Source of the DNA: Podarcis liolepis
Taxonomy: Eukaryota
Assembly (NCBI GenBank): GCA_965112155.1
Contig: OZ218103.1
Length of the DNA: 64,000 nt
Reading direction: 5' to 3' (one strand)
Shown: positions 1 through 12,707 of the stretch, piece by piece
How positions within the stretch are numbered: the first letter of the stretch is position 1
Layout of the letters: each line of letters begins with the position of its first letter
Made by a program: the position numbers and the translations under genes
The notes under the pieces: generated by a model
The model's input: the letters and a program-made list of their open reading frames with translations, nothing else
What the model was told of the DNA's origin: nothing
Databases searched by the model: none

Positions 1-1712
1 AGCTCACAGCAGTGTCATGTTTCCCAAATTTATGTTAAGAAAACACGTTTGGTCCAACTAACATCAACTCTAGCTTTTGAAAAGTTCTGAACAATTAAGT
101 TTTCCAGTAAGTGATCCTAAAGTAGTTGCATATGTATTCACATATTTTGCCATCCCTAGTCTCTATGCATATATTTCAGTTATTGAATTTATATCCCATC
201 CTTCCTCTCACATAAAAAACCTATTCCAGTACAAATGTAGATATATTTCTGTAGTCAAAAGATTGTGATCAAAGGTTCTGAAATATATTGCAACCCGACA
301 CATTAGTGTTATAAGAACCTTTGAATCTATCAGAATACTGATAGCATAGAAAGGAAGGAAATTGTATTTATGTTTAGGAAAAATGGCTGTTTTAAATGGA
401 AAGCCACGAGAATCAGTAATGTCACATTGGTATTCCTTGGAATGATTTAGATCAGTCATTTTATATCACCCTTGCTTGTCAGCTGCTGTGGAGTGGCTGA
501 GCTGGGAAGGGCACAATGGAAATGTGGGTTGGCCAAGGCTGCTACTCCATTTCTGGTGTTTCTGCTGCAACTTGCTCTTAGTGACCCCTTCGCATTATGG
601 ACTTACTGACTAATAACACTTGTCTGTGTTTTGCATCTAATATTGCAGAAATTGCAATCTCCACTGCTAGTTTTAAAACTTAATCACATCCCCATATGTT
701 GTAATTGGTTAATAGTTATTTGAAGCTTGCAAATCCTAACACCATAGACAATGTATATGCAGGCCAGTATCCAACATGCCAGATGGGGAAATTACTCATT
801 TGTTTGAGCAAGAGTTCAGGGTCTCTTTAGACTGTAGCTCCCTTTTGACTGTGGCTCCACCAGAACTTGAGGGATTTTCAGAAGCTGCATTCAGAAAAGG
901 CAAATGGCTTTACATGCAAGTGTGTGCACGGATTGCACACAAATATACACAAAACTTAGGTTGCTAACTGTTACTTGATAATGTTAGAAAAAAGAAATAG
1001 AAAATATTTTCAAGTTAGTGAACACTTTCTACCAGATGGTTGTAGAAGCAGTCTGGAGATGTGACTGAAGCATTAATGATTGATGTAGCTTTCCTTAAGC
1101 TTGCAGTGTAGCTTCAGGAGCCTGGAATAGGATCTTCCTGATTTGGCAATTATGTAAAAGGGAACATCTGTAGGCAAGCCTAGCAGTGCTGGAATTGAAG
1201 CCTGCCTTTTGTTAAGGGTTCTGCTGTGCATAAATACTGTAACACCCACCCATCCCAATTTTCAAGTGATGAGAGACTTCAAGGGTTATTCTTCAAGTGG
1301 TTATCCTGGCTTTGATTTCCTTAGAATAAAAGTCACTGGAGTCTGTAGTGTCTCCACGTTGTGTGATTTTATTTACACACATATACAAACTGAGCAATAA
1401 GTTTGAAGGGCTTACAGAGTCCCAACGGATCTTGCTCTTTCATTGGATTTCTAGGGAGGGTCCTGAAAGCCATAGCTTTGGTTTAATCACAAAGAACAAG
1501 TCATGCCTCTGTGTCTTCCCGGCTCCAGAGGACACGAGGCAAAAGCTAGACCCTGACTTCTTATTCTTCTGCTGCTAGGGTGCCTTGGTCTCCAGCCTGG
1601 TGAGGGATGGAGGACCTACCCCCTCCTTCTGGAAACAACACTAGCTAGTTGTTTCTATGACATGCATCTGTACATTATCAGTTCTTTAGACATATAAATG
1701 GATGACTTGGTC

Positions 1713-1848
1713 CAGGCTTCCTCAGCCTCGGCCCTCCAGATGTTTTTGGCCTGCAACTCCCATGATCCGTAGCTAGTAGGACCAGTGGTCAGGGATGCTG
1801 GGAACTGTGGTCTCAAAACATCTGGAGGGTTGAGGTTGAAGAAGCCTG
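1713..1848. mobile_element. hAT-family non-autonomous MITE (URR1-like fold-back)
   Basis: TIRs caggcttc.../...gaagcctg; perfect 8-bp TSD acttggtc (1705-1712, 1849-1856). Confidence 0.85.
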
Positions 1849-2575
1849 ACTTGGTCAGTCCCATTCACTTGACTATCCAATGCAATCACCAATCATGTGA
1901 CAGCACTTATATTTACTCTAATGACACCTTTGTGCCTGCGTCCACCCAATTCAAACCCAAGATCCCCCTCCCCTCATTGTGTATATATATATATATGCTT
2001 GCAAAATCGGTAAACCTTTTGAAAGCTGTTTACCTTACCTTTTGAAATCTGTTTATAAATAGGCCTGTTCCCTGCAGCATTTTTTGCATGCTGCCCTTGC
2101 TCTTGGTTTGGGGGAGTTTGAGAAAAGGGGCCTCTGTTAAGTCTTGCGGGAGTCATCCACATGTGGTAGCTGACCCTGCTCAGCCAGCTTATTGTGTTTA
2201 ACATACAATATTATCCCCTTGCTCCAGGGTAGAGTAAAATTGCAATGTATTCTCCAATGCAGTGGAGAATTTCCAGCAGGAGGAAGTGAACAAATTGTAT
2301 GCCAACTGCTCTTTATGCTAAAGTAATGTCTAATTACTTTTCCCCCAAATTAAACACATTAGGGGTTTAGTGTATAACATGCGTTCTTTGCATAATGGCC
2401 AATTATTCTGTCATCTAACTGATGGGATATGACTTTTAGTATTATTAAAGTATAAGCTGATGATTAGGCTTTTAGTTTTGCTTTAGAATTAAAGAGATAC
2501 TTTTATAAAGAAATTGAACAAGAAATGATTAGCCAACTTTTTCCCTCTTCCTTCTGGCAGATCTTTTAAAATTGC

Positions 2576-2743
2576 ATGATGTGTGATGAGTTGGAGCTTC
2601 TTAACAGGGAGATTGGGAGGTTATTACAAAGCAGCAACGTGGAAGGAAGCTCCTTAAACTCAGAATCTCTTCAGCCGTCAAGCTCTGATTCCTGGGATGT
2701 AGCCACTGCTTCAAGCAGTGGAACACAAGGCAGTTTAGTAAAG
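2576..2743 (+). CDS. DIDO1: DIDO1 putative N-terminal extension coding exon 1 (exon begins 2561; ATG 2576)
   Basis: Acceptor ttccttctggcag|2561; in-frame TAA at 2567-2569 precedes ATG 2576; 56 open codons end at AAG|gtatca (phase 0), in frame with the following exons. Confidence 0.7.
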
Positions 2744-2970
2744 GTATCAAATACCTTATTGTTGTTACAGGGCTCCCATGATAACTTGTCCTATCATAGT
2801 AGACTTTATTTGCATAGTATTTAGAAAGCCATCTAGGATATATGTTGGCACACATTATCTGTAAGTGGTGTCGAATTATAATGTTGCTTAATGGTTGATA
2901 CAATTCAAGGAGGAATACTTATGCCCTGTTTATTTGAGAAAGAAACATTTCAAAAGTCTATGCTAACATA

Positions 2971-3042
2971 GACTTGGCGTGCCTGGCGTGCTCTGGTCCA
3001 TGGGGTCACGAAGAGTCGGAAACAACTAAACAAAACAAAAAA
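2971..3042 (+). mobile_element. Short 3' fragment of an RTE/BovB-type LINE (or BovB-derived SINE)
   Basis: gcctggcgtgctctggtccatggggtcacgaagagtcgg is the BovB 3' motif; A-rich tail; 11-bp TSD atgctaacata (2960-2970, 3043-3053). Confidence 0.8.
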
Positions 3043-3932
3043 ATGCTAACATAATTTCCCCTGAGGTAACCAAATAATAAGCCCTATCTTAAAATGCAGT
3101 TTTAGGGAAGAATCATCCTTTTGTGTATGGCATAATATCTGAGAACATAAATCAATTGAGAGAATAAAATTGCATTTGATTTTTCTGTAGCATTTTTTGT
3201 GGTTGTTAGAGCCTAGCTTTGTCTGAAGATGGCACTTACAACAGTTTTGGCCATATTTAATTTCACCCCCCCATCTCTTTTTTTGTTTTCTGCACTGAAC
3301 AAATGGTATTGACACAGTATTTAAAGTGCTGTCCCTTTAAATGAGATGGGGTAGAACCTTCAAGCTTTTGATTTCTGGTGGTTGGGATTTGTCAGTTGGG
3401 CAAATCCCTGTGTTGGTTAGTGATGGAGAGAGCGAGAATTGGCAGCAAAAGCTCTAGAAAGAAAAACTCAAAAGTAAGAAATTGAAACAAGGGATGTTTT
3501 AATACTGAAGATCTGTTCAAAAACCTTAACATGTAACTTGTTCTTCAAATCATCCCTCAAACAGGAATACCCATATTTTATAGTAGGATGAAGAATTTTC
3601 TTTTGCAAGTATTCATTCTATGACTTGACAATAATTTGAAGCTATAAATTACCTTAGTACTCTTTGATTTATAAAAATACCTGTGCCCAATTCCATTCCT
3701 GTAAAACACTGATAGAGGCAAAACTTTGAAAGTTGTGGTCGAGTGTAGCATTCATAAATGGTTAATGCTTAATAGGTTTCATCCTGTATGTAATGTAATG
3801 TAATTATCCCCTTTAAAAATACATTGGTGCAAGTTCTAATAATTTAGTTAGTGTGAGCAGGATCTCTTATTTCAAATGGGTAAGAAGTGGTAACGCAAGT
3901 GAACAACGATCTAAATACATTTTTTGTAACAG

Positions 3933-4131
3933 GCAGCCAAACCAAGTGCAGCATTCCTGGTTTCGGAGTCAACAGGATGGCATCAAGATGAACTTTGTGC
4001 TTCTGACTTCCCCAGAACACCCTGCACTGTAGGGCTTATGCTGAGTGACTTGCTTCTGCCCTCCAGTGATTCTTCCTTTGGTTTAAGTCAAGAGGGAGAA
4101 AAAATACTGGAATCCTCTAATGCTATGTCAG
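3933..4131 (+). CDS. DIDO1: DIDO1 putative N-terminal extension coding exon 2
   Basis: tttttgtaacag| acceptor, G|gtaaaa donor; 199 nt fully open (AAKPSAAF...SSNAMS), phase 0 to 1. Confidence 0.7.
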
Positions 4132-4305
4132 GTAAAAGCATTTAGAGGATATTGGAGCCTATTCTATTTCATTTGCTTTTTCTGGAAATTGGGATCCACC
4201 TTCTTATTTCATAACCTTTCTTTACTATCCAAAGTAAACATATATTAAGATCTTAATTATATACTGTGTTCTGTTGTATTGCAGTCTCTTCAGAATTCTA
4301 TTGTA

Positions 4306-4648
4306 CTTTATTTTTCTGTATATAAGACAATGTTGTTTGCTAAAAAAAAATAGTCAAAAATTAAGGGGGGTCTTATACATGGATGGTGAATGCACAGGAA
4401 TTAAACTGTCCCTCCCAGGTGCCTGGCTTGGGCAATCTCCCAAAAAAGCTCAACTTTGGGCGATCTTGGGTGTTGGTGGGGCACGCCTCGCTGCTGCCCA
4501 CACGCCCCCCCCTGCCAGTGCTTTGAATGTTTAATAAAATGTCGAAGTTGTTCCGTTTGATGTTTAAAATGTTGATTTCTTAATTTTGGGTTCAAAAAAA
4601 TAGGAGTCATCTTATACATGGGGGCATCTTATACACGGGAAAATACAT
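4306..4648. mobile_element. Tc1/mariner (Tc2-like) MITE
   Basis: TA-flanked, TIR tatttttc.gt.tataagac / tcttatacacgggaaaatac; same family as 41034-41199. Confidence 0.65.
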
Positions 4649-5509
4649 TAATTATGAAAGCAAGTCCTAGCTGTGTCCACATTGCTGTGTGACATTGTGT
4701 CATATAAACATGTTTGTGGAGTTTTGCGGCTCAAAGCTGGGGACTTTGTTGATAATTAGGCAGGGGACAGTTGTCTGAAGAAATTCAGTTCTGAAAAGAT
4801 GGAAGTCCAACTTGAGTAGGCTTGCTGTAAGCAGAATAAATTGTGGAAATAGTGTTATGGCACACCCAGTACGAAGATTGTGTAGGGCTGTTACTCATTT
4901 CCCTGCTATTCCATGGGACAAAAGGCATGGACCCCAATCCAGAAGATTTTTCCAATATATTGTGAACGAGTCTTGCCTGGATTCAGTATCTCAGGAAGTC
5001 CTTTAATGGAATGTGCTGTCTCTCTAATACTGTATGGGGTGACTGGTGAAAATTGTCAGGGTCCCAGTGGGCATGGAAAATGTAGGAAGGCAGACTTACA
5101 GACCAGTTTGTGATGTACAGAACATGCTTCCTATTCAGGCACCATTCTTGGATTATGAGCAGTCACTGGAGTGGGGGCCCATAGTGCCGCTGACGTGTAT
5201 GGTAACAGTTTCTTTATTCAGAGTAGCATAACTGAGGTTATAGGTAAAAGGGAGACCGGAAAGCTATATGGTTGGTGTCTGTGTCCAGGCAATGTGCACT
5301 AAGTCAGAATCTCTGGCGTGGGCAGGGGAGCAACTGGAAGTACCTTGTATTATGCTGCAGCACACCCAGAGTACTGCTCGGTTTGTTTCTGGCAGACAGC
5401 GATTGTGGAGTTGGGAAGAAGGCGAGTGTGGGAACATGTTTGAGCAAGTGCATGCTTTAATTGTCTAACCTGTTCCCTTCAAGCTATATTTAATGTAACA
5501 GACAACATA

Positions 5510-5826
5510 CAGTGGTGCCCCGCAAGACGAATGCCTCGCAAGACGGAAAACTCACTAGACAAAAGGGTTTTCCGTTTTGGAGGTGCTTCGCAAAACGAAT
5601 TTCCTATGGGCTTGCTTCGCAAGACGGAAATGTCTTGCGAGTTCCTGCGGGGTTTTTTTTCCTTTCCCCCCTTTTTCTAAGCCGCTAAGCCACTTATCAG
5701 CTGATCCGATAAACTGATAAGCCGCTAATCCGCTAATCCGTCAATGGGCTTGCTTCGCAAGATGAAAAAACCGCTAGACAAAGAGAATCACAGAACGGAT
5801 TCTTTTCGTCTTGCGAGGCACCACTG
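5510..5826. mobile_element. Tc1/mariner Tigger-like MITE
   Basis: TA|cagtggtgccccgcaagacgaa ... ttcgtcttgcgaggcaccactg|TA. Confidence 0.85.
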
Positions 5827-6471
5827 TACTTTGGACTCCACACATGCTAAAATAAACTCAATGGTGCATTCATAGGGTAGGAAGCTGTCTTATACAGTCA
5901 GGCTGTTGACCCATCTAGCTTGGCATTGTCGATAGTGACTGGTAGAAGCTGCCCACGGTTTCAGACAGAAGCATTTCCCAGCTCTACCTTGAAGATTGAC
6001 CCTTTAGACAATATGTGTACTGTGTTCAAAATACGCTGTATCTGTAGGACCATTACAAAGTTCTGCTTTTTTAAGAGTCATCAGCTGTCTAAATCCCTTC
6101 GGGACTCTTTCCAGGCCTCACCCCTCATTGGCCCTCCTTCACACCCAGGGTGTTTCTGTGATGTGTCGTAGAATGCGATGTGTCGTTGAATGCTGATGAA
6201 GTCTCTAGCTGCTTGCCTGGATGGATAATAGAGGGTGCGTGTATGTGTCTATAGAAAGTAGTCTACTCCAAAAACAAACCTACATTAGTTGCTGTACCCA
6301 TTTTTGTCTCTGTCCCCACCTGTGATCCTCAGAAGGGAATGTTGCTTCAGGCTGAAAATGGTGCCCCATCCCAATCTAAATATTTTAATGAAATAGCTAA
6401 TTTGCTTTTCCATGTTTATCAGGTTGAAAGTAAATCAGTGTTAAAAACCTTTTGTGTTTGTTCTTTTTCAG

Positions 6472-6570
6472 GGGTGACATATGGGAATAGTGTTATCACT
6501 GGTGTGAAAGAAGAGAATCTGGAATCTCTGGCACTGGATTCTGAATCTAATATGGAAACCCGTTCTCTTG
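6472..6570 (+). CDS. DIDO1: DIDO1 putative N-terminal extension coding exon 3
   Basis: ttctttttcag| acceptor, G|gtaaat donor; 99 nt open (GVTYGN...ETRSL), phase 1 to 1, joins G+CT TTG GAT GAC AAA. Confidence 0.72.
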
Positions 6571-6911
6571 GTAAATTATTTTGTTTAGGAAAGTGTCTAA
6601 CCTGAATAAAGCTTCTAATTGTAATTACTTCCATTTCTGATTATTAGGCTGTGAGTACTATTGCTTATATAGCCAAAACTGTACCACCCATTCACAAGAG
6701 ATATATATTGGAAGGTTTGGTGGTGACCTCAAGGTTTGCAGAAGTACAAAAGTATTTTTTAAAACAAAATAAGTAGCAGGAAACAGCCCAGTGAGGATTG
6801 AGCATGTGCACTGGTCACAGAATGCTGATTGGTGGGGAAAGGCAAATGAAGTAGCTGGAACCTCAAACACCTGACACTGAAACCTTTTGTTAAAGGTTCC
6901 AGTTGCCTATA

Positions 6912-7127
6912 CAGTGGTACCTTGGTTCTCAAGTTTAATCCGTTCTGGGAGTCGGTTTGACTCCCAAAACCGTTCAAAAACCAAAGTGCAGCTTCTGATT
7001 GGTCACAGGAGCTTCCTGCACGCAAGCGGAAGCCGTGTTGGATGTTAGGCTTCCGAAAAATGGGTTTGCAGTGTTTGAAAGCCAATTTGTTCAGGAGGCA
7101 AGCCATTCGAGTACCAAGGTACCACTG
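6912..7127. mobile_element. Tc1/mariner Tigger-like MITE
   Basis: TA|cagtggtaccttgg ... ccaaggtaccactg|TA. Confidence 0.85.
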
Positions 7128-7208
7128 TAATAATACTGATCATAGTCTGCATTGATTTGCAATGGAAGTTAATAGTTTTAATAGTTATTGGTCTCTGACT
7201 CAACTCTT

Positions 7209-8433
7209 AAGAATAGGAATAAGAATAATTTATTTATACCCCACCCATCTGGCTGGGTTTCCCCAGCCACTCTGGGCGGCTTCCAACAGAGTATTAAAAT
7301 ACAATAGTCTATTAAACATTAAAAGCTTCCCTAAACAGGGCTGCCTTCAGATGTCTTCTAAAAGTCTGGTAGTTGTTTTTCTCTTTGACATCTGGTGAGA
7401 GGGCGTTCCACAGAGTGGGTGCCACTACTGAGAAGGCCCTCTGCCTGGTTCCCTGTAACTTGGCTTCTCACAGCAAGGGAACCACCAGAAGGCCCTTGGT
7501 GCTGGTCCTCAGGGTCCAAGCAGAACGATGGGGGTGGAGACGCTCCTTCAGGTATACTGGACCGAGGCCGTTTAGGGCTTTAAAGGTCAGCACCAACATT
7601 TTGAATTGTGCTCGGAAATGTACTGGGAGCCAGTGTAGGTCTTTCAAGACCGGTGTTATGTGGTCTCAGCGGCCGCTCCCAGTCATCAGTGTAGCTGCCG
7701 CATTCTGGATTAGTTTTAGTTTTCGGGTCACCTTCAAAGGTAGCCCCACATAGAGCGCATTGCAGTAGTCCAAGCGAGAGATAACTAGAGCATGCACCAC
7801 TTTGGCGAGACAGTCCGCGGGCAGGTAGGGTCTCAGCTTGAGTACCAGATGGAGCTGATAAACATCTGCCCTGAACACAGAATTGACCTGTGCCTCCATG
7901 GACAGCTGTGAGTCCAGAATGGCTCCCAGGCTGCGGACCTGGTCTTTCCCCATTCAGTTACCCCATTAAGGACCAGGGAGTCGTCCACACCTGCCCACCT
8001 CCTGTCCCCCCAAAAACAGTACTTCTCTCTTGTCAGGATTCAACCTCAATCTTTTAGCCACCATCCATCTTCCAGCCGCCTCCAGACACTCACACAGGAC
8101 CTTCACCGCCTTCACTGGTTCTGATTTGAAAGAGATGTAGAGCTGGGTATCATCCGCATAATGATGAACACCCAGCCCAAACCCCCTGATGATCTCTCCC
8201 AGTGGCTGCATGTAGATGTTGAAAAGCAAGGGGGAGAGGACAGAACCCTGAGGCACCCCACATGAGAGCCCAGGGGTCTGAACCTCATCCCCCCGACTTT
8301 CTGAACATGGCCTGGGAGGAAGGAGTGGAACCACTGTATAACAGTGCCCCCAGCTCCCAGCCCACTAGACGGTCCAGAAGGATGTTATGGTCAATGGTGT
8401 CAACAGCCGCTGAGCGATCCAGCAGAACTAGGA
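7209..8433 (-). mobile_element. 5'-truncated L2-clade LINE with broken reverse transcriptase
   Basis: Minus-strand ORFs with [43 protein letters not shown] and IQNAAA; frameshifts and deletions; short-repeat tail at the left end. Confidence 0.92.
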
Positions 8434-9150
8434 AACATATATATAAATAGATGTAAACTGCTTTGATATTTTTATGATAATAGCGGTATATAGATATTTT
8501 TTAAAATAAATAAGTAAAACTTTTCAGTTACTTGACTCTCATATACTGCTACAGAACATAAATAATTGTATCTCTTGTATTTGGGGAATGTCCTATTCGT
8601 TATAGGTCAGCATTGCCCAACCTGATGTATTCCAGTGTGTTGGGCTACAATTTTCATCATACTATCCAGGGTTGATGGGAGTTATAACCTAAAGCATTTG
8701 TAGGTTACCAGGTTGGGGAAGATGGATCCAAGCCAATAGACAAATGGCTAGTTGTACTTGTGAATTCATAACCCTGAGCAGACTTTTATATAATAGGCTG
8801 AGTAATATGTTGTCCATTCATCTTGATCATAGTCTCCACCCTCCCATTGCCAGGATAGGTAGCTGCCATATTGGTGAGCTGACAGTCATTTGTTGATTAA
8901 GCCTAAAAGGGAAGAGGCGCGGAAAAACAAGGTGTAATGGACAGAGAAACTTAACACTATGCCCTGTTTCTACTATAACCTTGCACTCTGTTTAGTTGGA
9001 ATTTCACGAGGAAGTATGTTTTTGCACAAAAGTTCAAAAATGAAACATACACAAGAAGAAGTGTAAAACATGTTACTGTTTATGGGAAGGCAATTTTAAA
9101 ATCCATGTTTAAAATATGCAATTCTTTGTATCATTTCTCTTCAACATCAG

Positions 9151-10024
9151 CTTTGGATGACAAAAGTGAGCAAAGCAATGACGATGAACAAAAAACAATT
9201 AAACCCACAAGTAAGGAGTTCAAGAAAACTTGGGGGTTTCGGAGAACTACAATTGCAAAGCGTGAAGGTTTAGGGGATGCTGAAATGGACATCACCGAAC
9301 AGTCATCTCCACAGCAGCAAAGTCTGGCTCTTAGGCGTAGTGGGCGACAGCCCAAACGCACTGAACGGGTAGAAGAATTTCTTACAACTGTAAGGCGCAG
9401 AGGAAGAAAGAATCTTCCCACAGCTCTTGAGGACTTGAGCGAGCCAGCATCCTGCCATGTTACTGACATTGAAACTGCTTCTGAAGGCAGTGTAGAAAGC
9501 ATGTCAGATGTAAAAGCCATGTCTCAGAAGTGTCACTCCAAGGACATTAAGGGCCAGCCAGCTGGGAAAGGGAGAGCCACTAAAGAACATGACTATGAGG
9601 AAAGGGAGGATGATTCATCTGACAGTGATAGTGATGGGTTAACACTGAAAGAGCTACAGAACCGTCTAAGAAAGAAATGTGTCGAGCAGAAACCTACAGA
9701 ACTAACTCTGAAGGAGTTACAGAATCGCCTCAGGAAAAAACATCAAGAACAAAATCCTACAGAGACAGTTGATGTTCAAGCAGGCAACCAAATTAAGACC
9801 GAAATAGCTGTAAAGCAAGAACCAGAAAGTATAGGCAATACCGAGGCTAGAGATCAAGGAACAGTTCCCAAAGAAATGAGTGAAGCAGTTCAGGTTAAGA
9901 AAGAAGGAAGATCTCCTGTACATACTGGGGATGAACCTGAAGAATCCAAAAAGAGGAAATCAGAGTCTGAAGTTTATGATCCTAGTACTCTGTACTGTAT
10001 CTGTCAGCAGCCTCACAACAACAG
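9151..10024 (+). CDS. DIDO1: DIDO1 exon (homologue of mammalian first coding exon; NLS region and start of PHD finger)
   Basis: LDDK...KPTSKEFKKTWGFRRTTIAKREG...LYCICQQPHNNR matches the DIDO1 N-terminus; catcag| acceptor and AG|gtatta donor. Confidence 0.97.
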
Positions 10025-10213
10025 GTATTACCTACTTATTTATTTCATAAAATTTATACACCGCTTGATTGTAAAAAAACAACCCCTCAAAGTGGTTTAA
10101 AAAAGATAAATGAGGAAAATCAAGAAAAATTCACACCCATACTTTATGGGCGTTAAAATAGTTTTTCACAAACTCCCCTGCACCCCGCCACCAAATAGTT
10201 TCTAAAATAGCTA

Positions 10214-10430
10214 CAGTGGTACCTCTGGTTATGAACTTAATTCATTCTGGAGGTCCATTCTTAACCGGAAACCGTTCTTAACCTGAGGTACCACTTTAGC
10301 TAATGGGGCCTGCCGTGCAGCCGGCACGTGATTTCTGTTCTCATCCTGAGGTAAAGTTCTTAACCTGAGGTACCACTTCTGGGTTAGCAGAGTTTGTAAC
10401 CTGAAGTGTTTGTAACCCGAGGTACCAATA
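10214..10430. mobile_element. Tc1/mariner Tigger-like MITE
   Basis: TA|cagtggtacctc ... gaggtacc; shares internal sequence with 57887-58134. Confidence 0.8.
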
Positions 10431-10822
10431 CATAGTAGTTGGATAAAATCTTTAAACATGAAATAGACAGTTTTGAAATTTCTGCTCTTAAGAGACAGTC
10501 TATTATGTACAAGAACTTTTTATAGAGGTTTGAAAGTTTTGAGTGATAGAGGGATAGTTGTTGAATACAGTTGAGAGAGCATGTATATGGAACTTTCAAA
10601 CAACAATTTAATTTTGTGTTGCTATGAATGCACAATTTAAAATACATCTGCTGTGCTACCACATGGCCCTTCACATACATCTACCACTGTTGTTCAGTCC
10701 CAGTAGTCTGAGGTACAGAAGTTCTAATTTAGGGTGGAAGCGTTCATATGGTCTAATCAGTCAAGAGGGAAGTAGTACTCTGAATTTTCAGGAAGGGGAA
10801 ATGCAGTTTTGGGAAGGCTTGT

Positions 10823-11080
10823 TATAGGATCATGGAATTGTAGTGTTGGAAGGGACCCTGAGAGTCATGTGGTCCAACCCCCTTCAATGCAGGAATCTCA
10901 GATAAAGCAACCATTACAGATAGCCATCCAACCTCTGCTTAAAAACCTCCAAGGAAGGAGAGTCCACAACCTCCCGAGGGAGTCTGTTCCACCGTTGAAC
11001 AGCTCTTAACATCAGAAAGCTTTTCCATAGGTTTAGTCAGAATCTCCTTTCTTGTAACTTGAAGCCACTGTTGTTCCTGA
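10823..11080 (-). mobile_element. CR1-type LINE 3' fragment
   Basis: gttggaagggaccctgagagtcatgtggtccaacccc...aaaacctccaaggaaggagagtccac is a typical reverse-oriented CR1 3' end. Confidence 0.7.
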
Positions 11081-11399
11081 GTAGTCTGTAGGAATGCAAA
11101 GGTGACAAAGAAAGACAATTGTATATGGGTTTAGCAAAGCAGTGGGAGTCATATGTAGGGGTGAAATTGCATCATTTACTGAGACATTTGGGCGTTTAAT
11201 TATGTAAAGAAAAGAGTTAAATGGGATAACGAATAAGCTTTTGTCTGATTTCATATAGATGTGGGATCTTTTTTATTTACTGTTGTGGTGGTGATATGAC
11301 TAATGTTATTGGCTGTATTTGATTGTAATCAGACAGATTTTGTAAAACTGAAGTATTTCACATTGATGATATATTTTTGCCAACCCTTTCCTTTTTTAG

Positions 11400-11718
11400 G
11401 TTTATGATTTGTTGTGATAGATGTGAGGAATGGTTTCATGGAAACTGCGTAGGGATTTCAGAGGCTCGTGGGCGACTCTTGGAAAGGAATGGGGAGGACT
11501 ATATCTGCCCAAATTGCACCATTCTGCAGGTGCATGATGAGACAGTTATGGATGCAGACCAACAACAAACCATGTTGGGACAGGTAACAGGTGATGGCAC
11601 AGAGCTTACAAGCATAGGAACTGTTGAGCAAAAGTCCATTGAAGACCAAGGAATCAAGGGACGGATTGAAAAGGCTGCAAATCCCAGTGGAAAGAAAAAG
11701 CTCAAAATATTTCAACCA
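11400..11718 (+). CDS. DIDO1: DIDO1 exon, PHD finger
   Basis: FMICCDRCEEWFHGNCVGISEARGRLLERNGEDYICPNC...KKKLKIFQP; tttag| acceptor and |gtgagt donor. Confidence 0.98.
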
Positions 11719-12355
11719 GTGAGTATTTAATTTGTAGTGACATGAGGCTAAGTGTGTTTCTAGTGCAACTGTTCTGGTTCAGAACTGAAGTGAAAGAAAA
11801 AGTCACCCTAGGTATAATTAAATTTTGTATTTTTTGTATGTTAGTTATAGTATTAAGCAAATACACTACTTAGATATAGGTAATTCATTATACTTAGTGA
11901 ATCAGAATACTAATATATTTTAGAAGAGGAAATGGGGAAGTATTGCTCATTCTTAGCTACTTTGGTTGCATCTGCATGCTTTTCTGTCATTCTGTCTTAG
12001 TTCTCCCTTGCTATAGGGCTATAATTGGATGTTTGTTTAAATGTTACCAAGTTTCTTAGACATTACATTAACAAAATGCTTTCTCTTTTCTCTCTATTTC
12101 CTACCCCCTAAGTATCTCCTTCCACAATTGTCCTATTTATCCTGTATACAAAGAAGGAAAAGGTGGGGTGAGGGAACAACATATTCGTATGGAATAGTTA
12201 TAGCACACACACCCTGCTGCAGAGCTATCCATAACCATAATTTCTTTTTGTCTTGTGCTTCAGTTATTTTAAAAATAGGGAACAGATTATTATGAAAGCC
12301 TCTGCTCATTTCTGAATCTCAGAAGTTGCTAACTGCTTCCTAGGTTTCTGTATAT

Positions 12356-12484
12356 CAGGAATAGGAAGTCTTTGACCCTGCAAATGTTAGTCTGCAATTC
12401 CCATCATCCCTAACTATTGGCTATTTTGGCTAGGTTTGATGGAAGTTGGAGTCCAAGAACATTTGGAGGATCAAGCTCCATGCC
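12356..12484. mobile_element. Degenerate URR1-like hAT MITE
   Basis: Similar to 1713-1848 (ctgcaattcccatcatccct...gatggaagttggagtcc). Confidence 0.55.
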
Positions 12485-12497
12485 TATCAAGGCTATA

Positions 12498-12707
12498 CAG
12501 TAGACCCTCTGGATATGAACTTAATTCATCCAGGGGGTCCGTACTCACCCCGAAAAGTCCATATCCGGTGGCGCCGCTTATGCACATGCACATGGCGCAG
12601 TAGAGCGCTTCTGTGTGGCGAAACCTGGAAGTATACACTTCCGGGTTTGCCACATTTGTAACTCGAAATTACATCACCCGACGGTAATATAACCTAAGGT
12701 ACCACTG
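12498..12707. mobile_element. Tc1/mariner Tigger-like MITE
   Basis: TA|cagtagaccct ... aggtaccactg|TA. Confidence 0.75.

Noticed and set aside
1505-1640. Hairpins followed by ACA, possible H/ACA snoRNA
   Set aside because: No proper ANANNA H box between two hairpins; geometry unconvincing
4700-5460. Cluster of short ORFs in slightly GC-richer sequence
   Set aside because: No recognisable domain, splice pattern or TE termini; possibly an old repeat but unsupported
7373-7753. 126-aa + strand ORF
   Set aside because: Antisense frame of the L2 reverse transcriptase fragment
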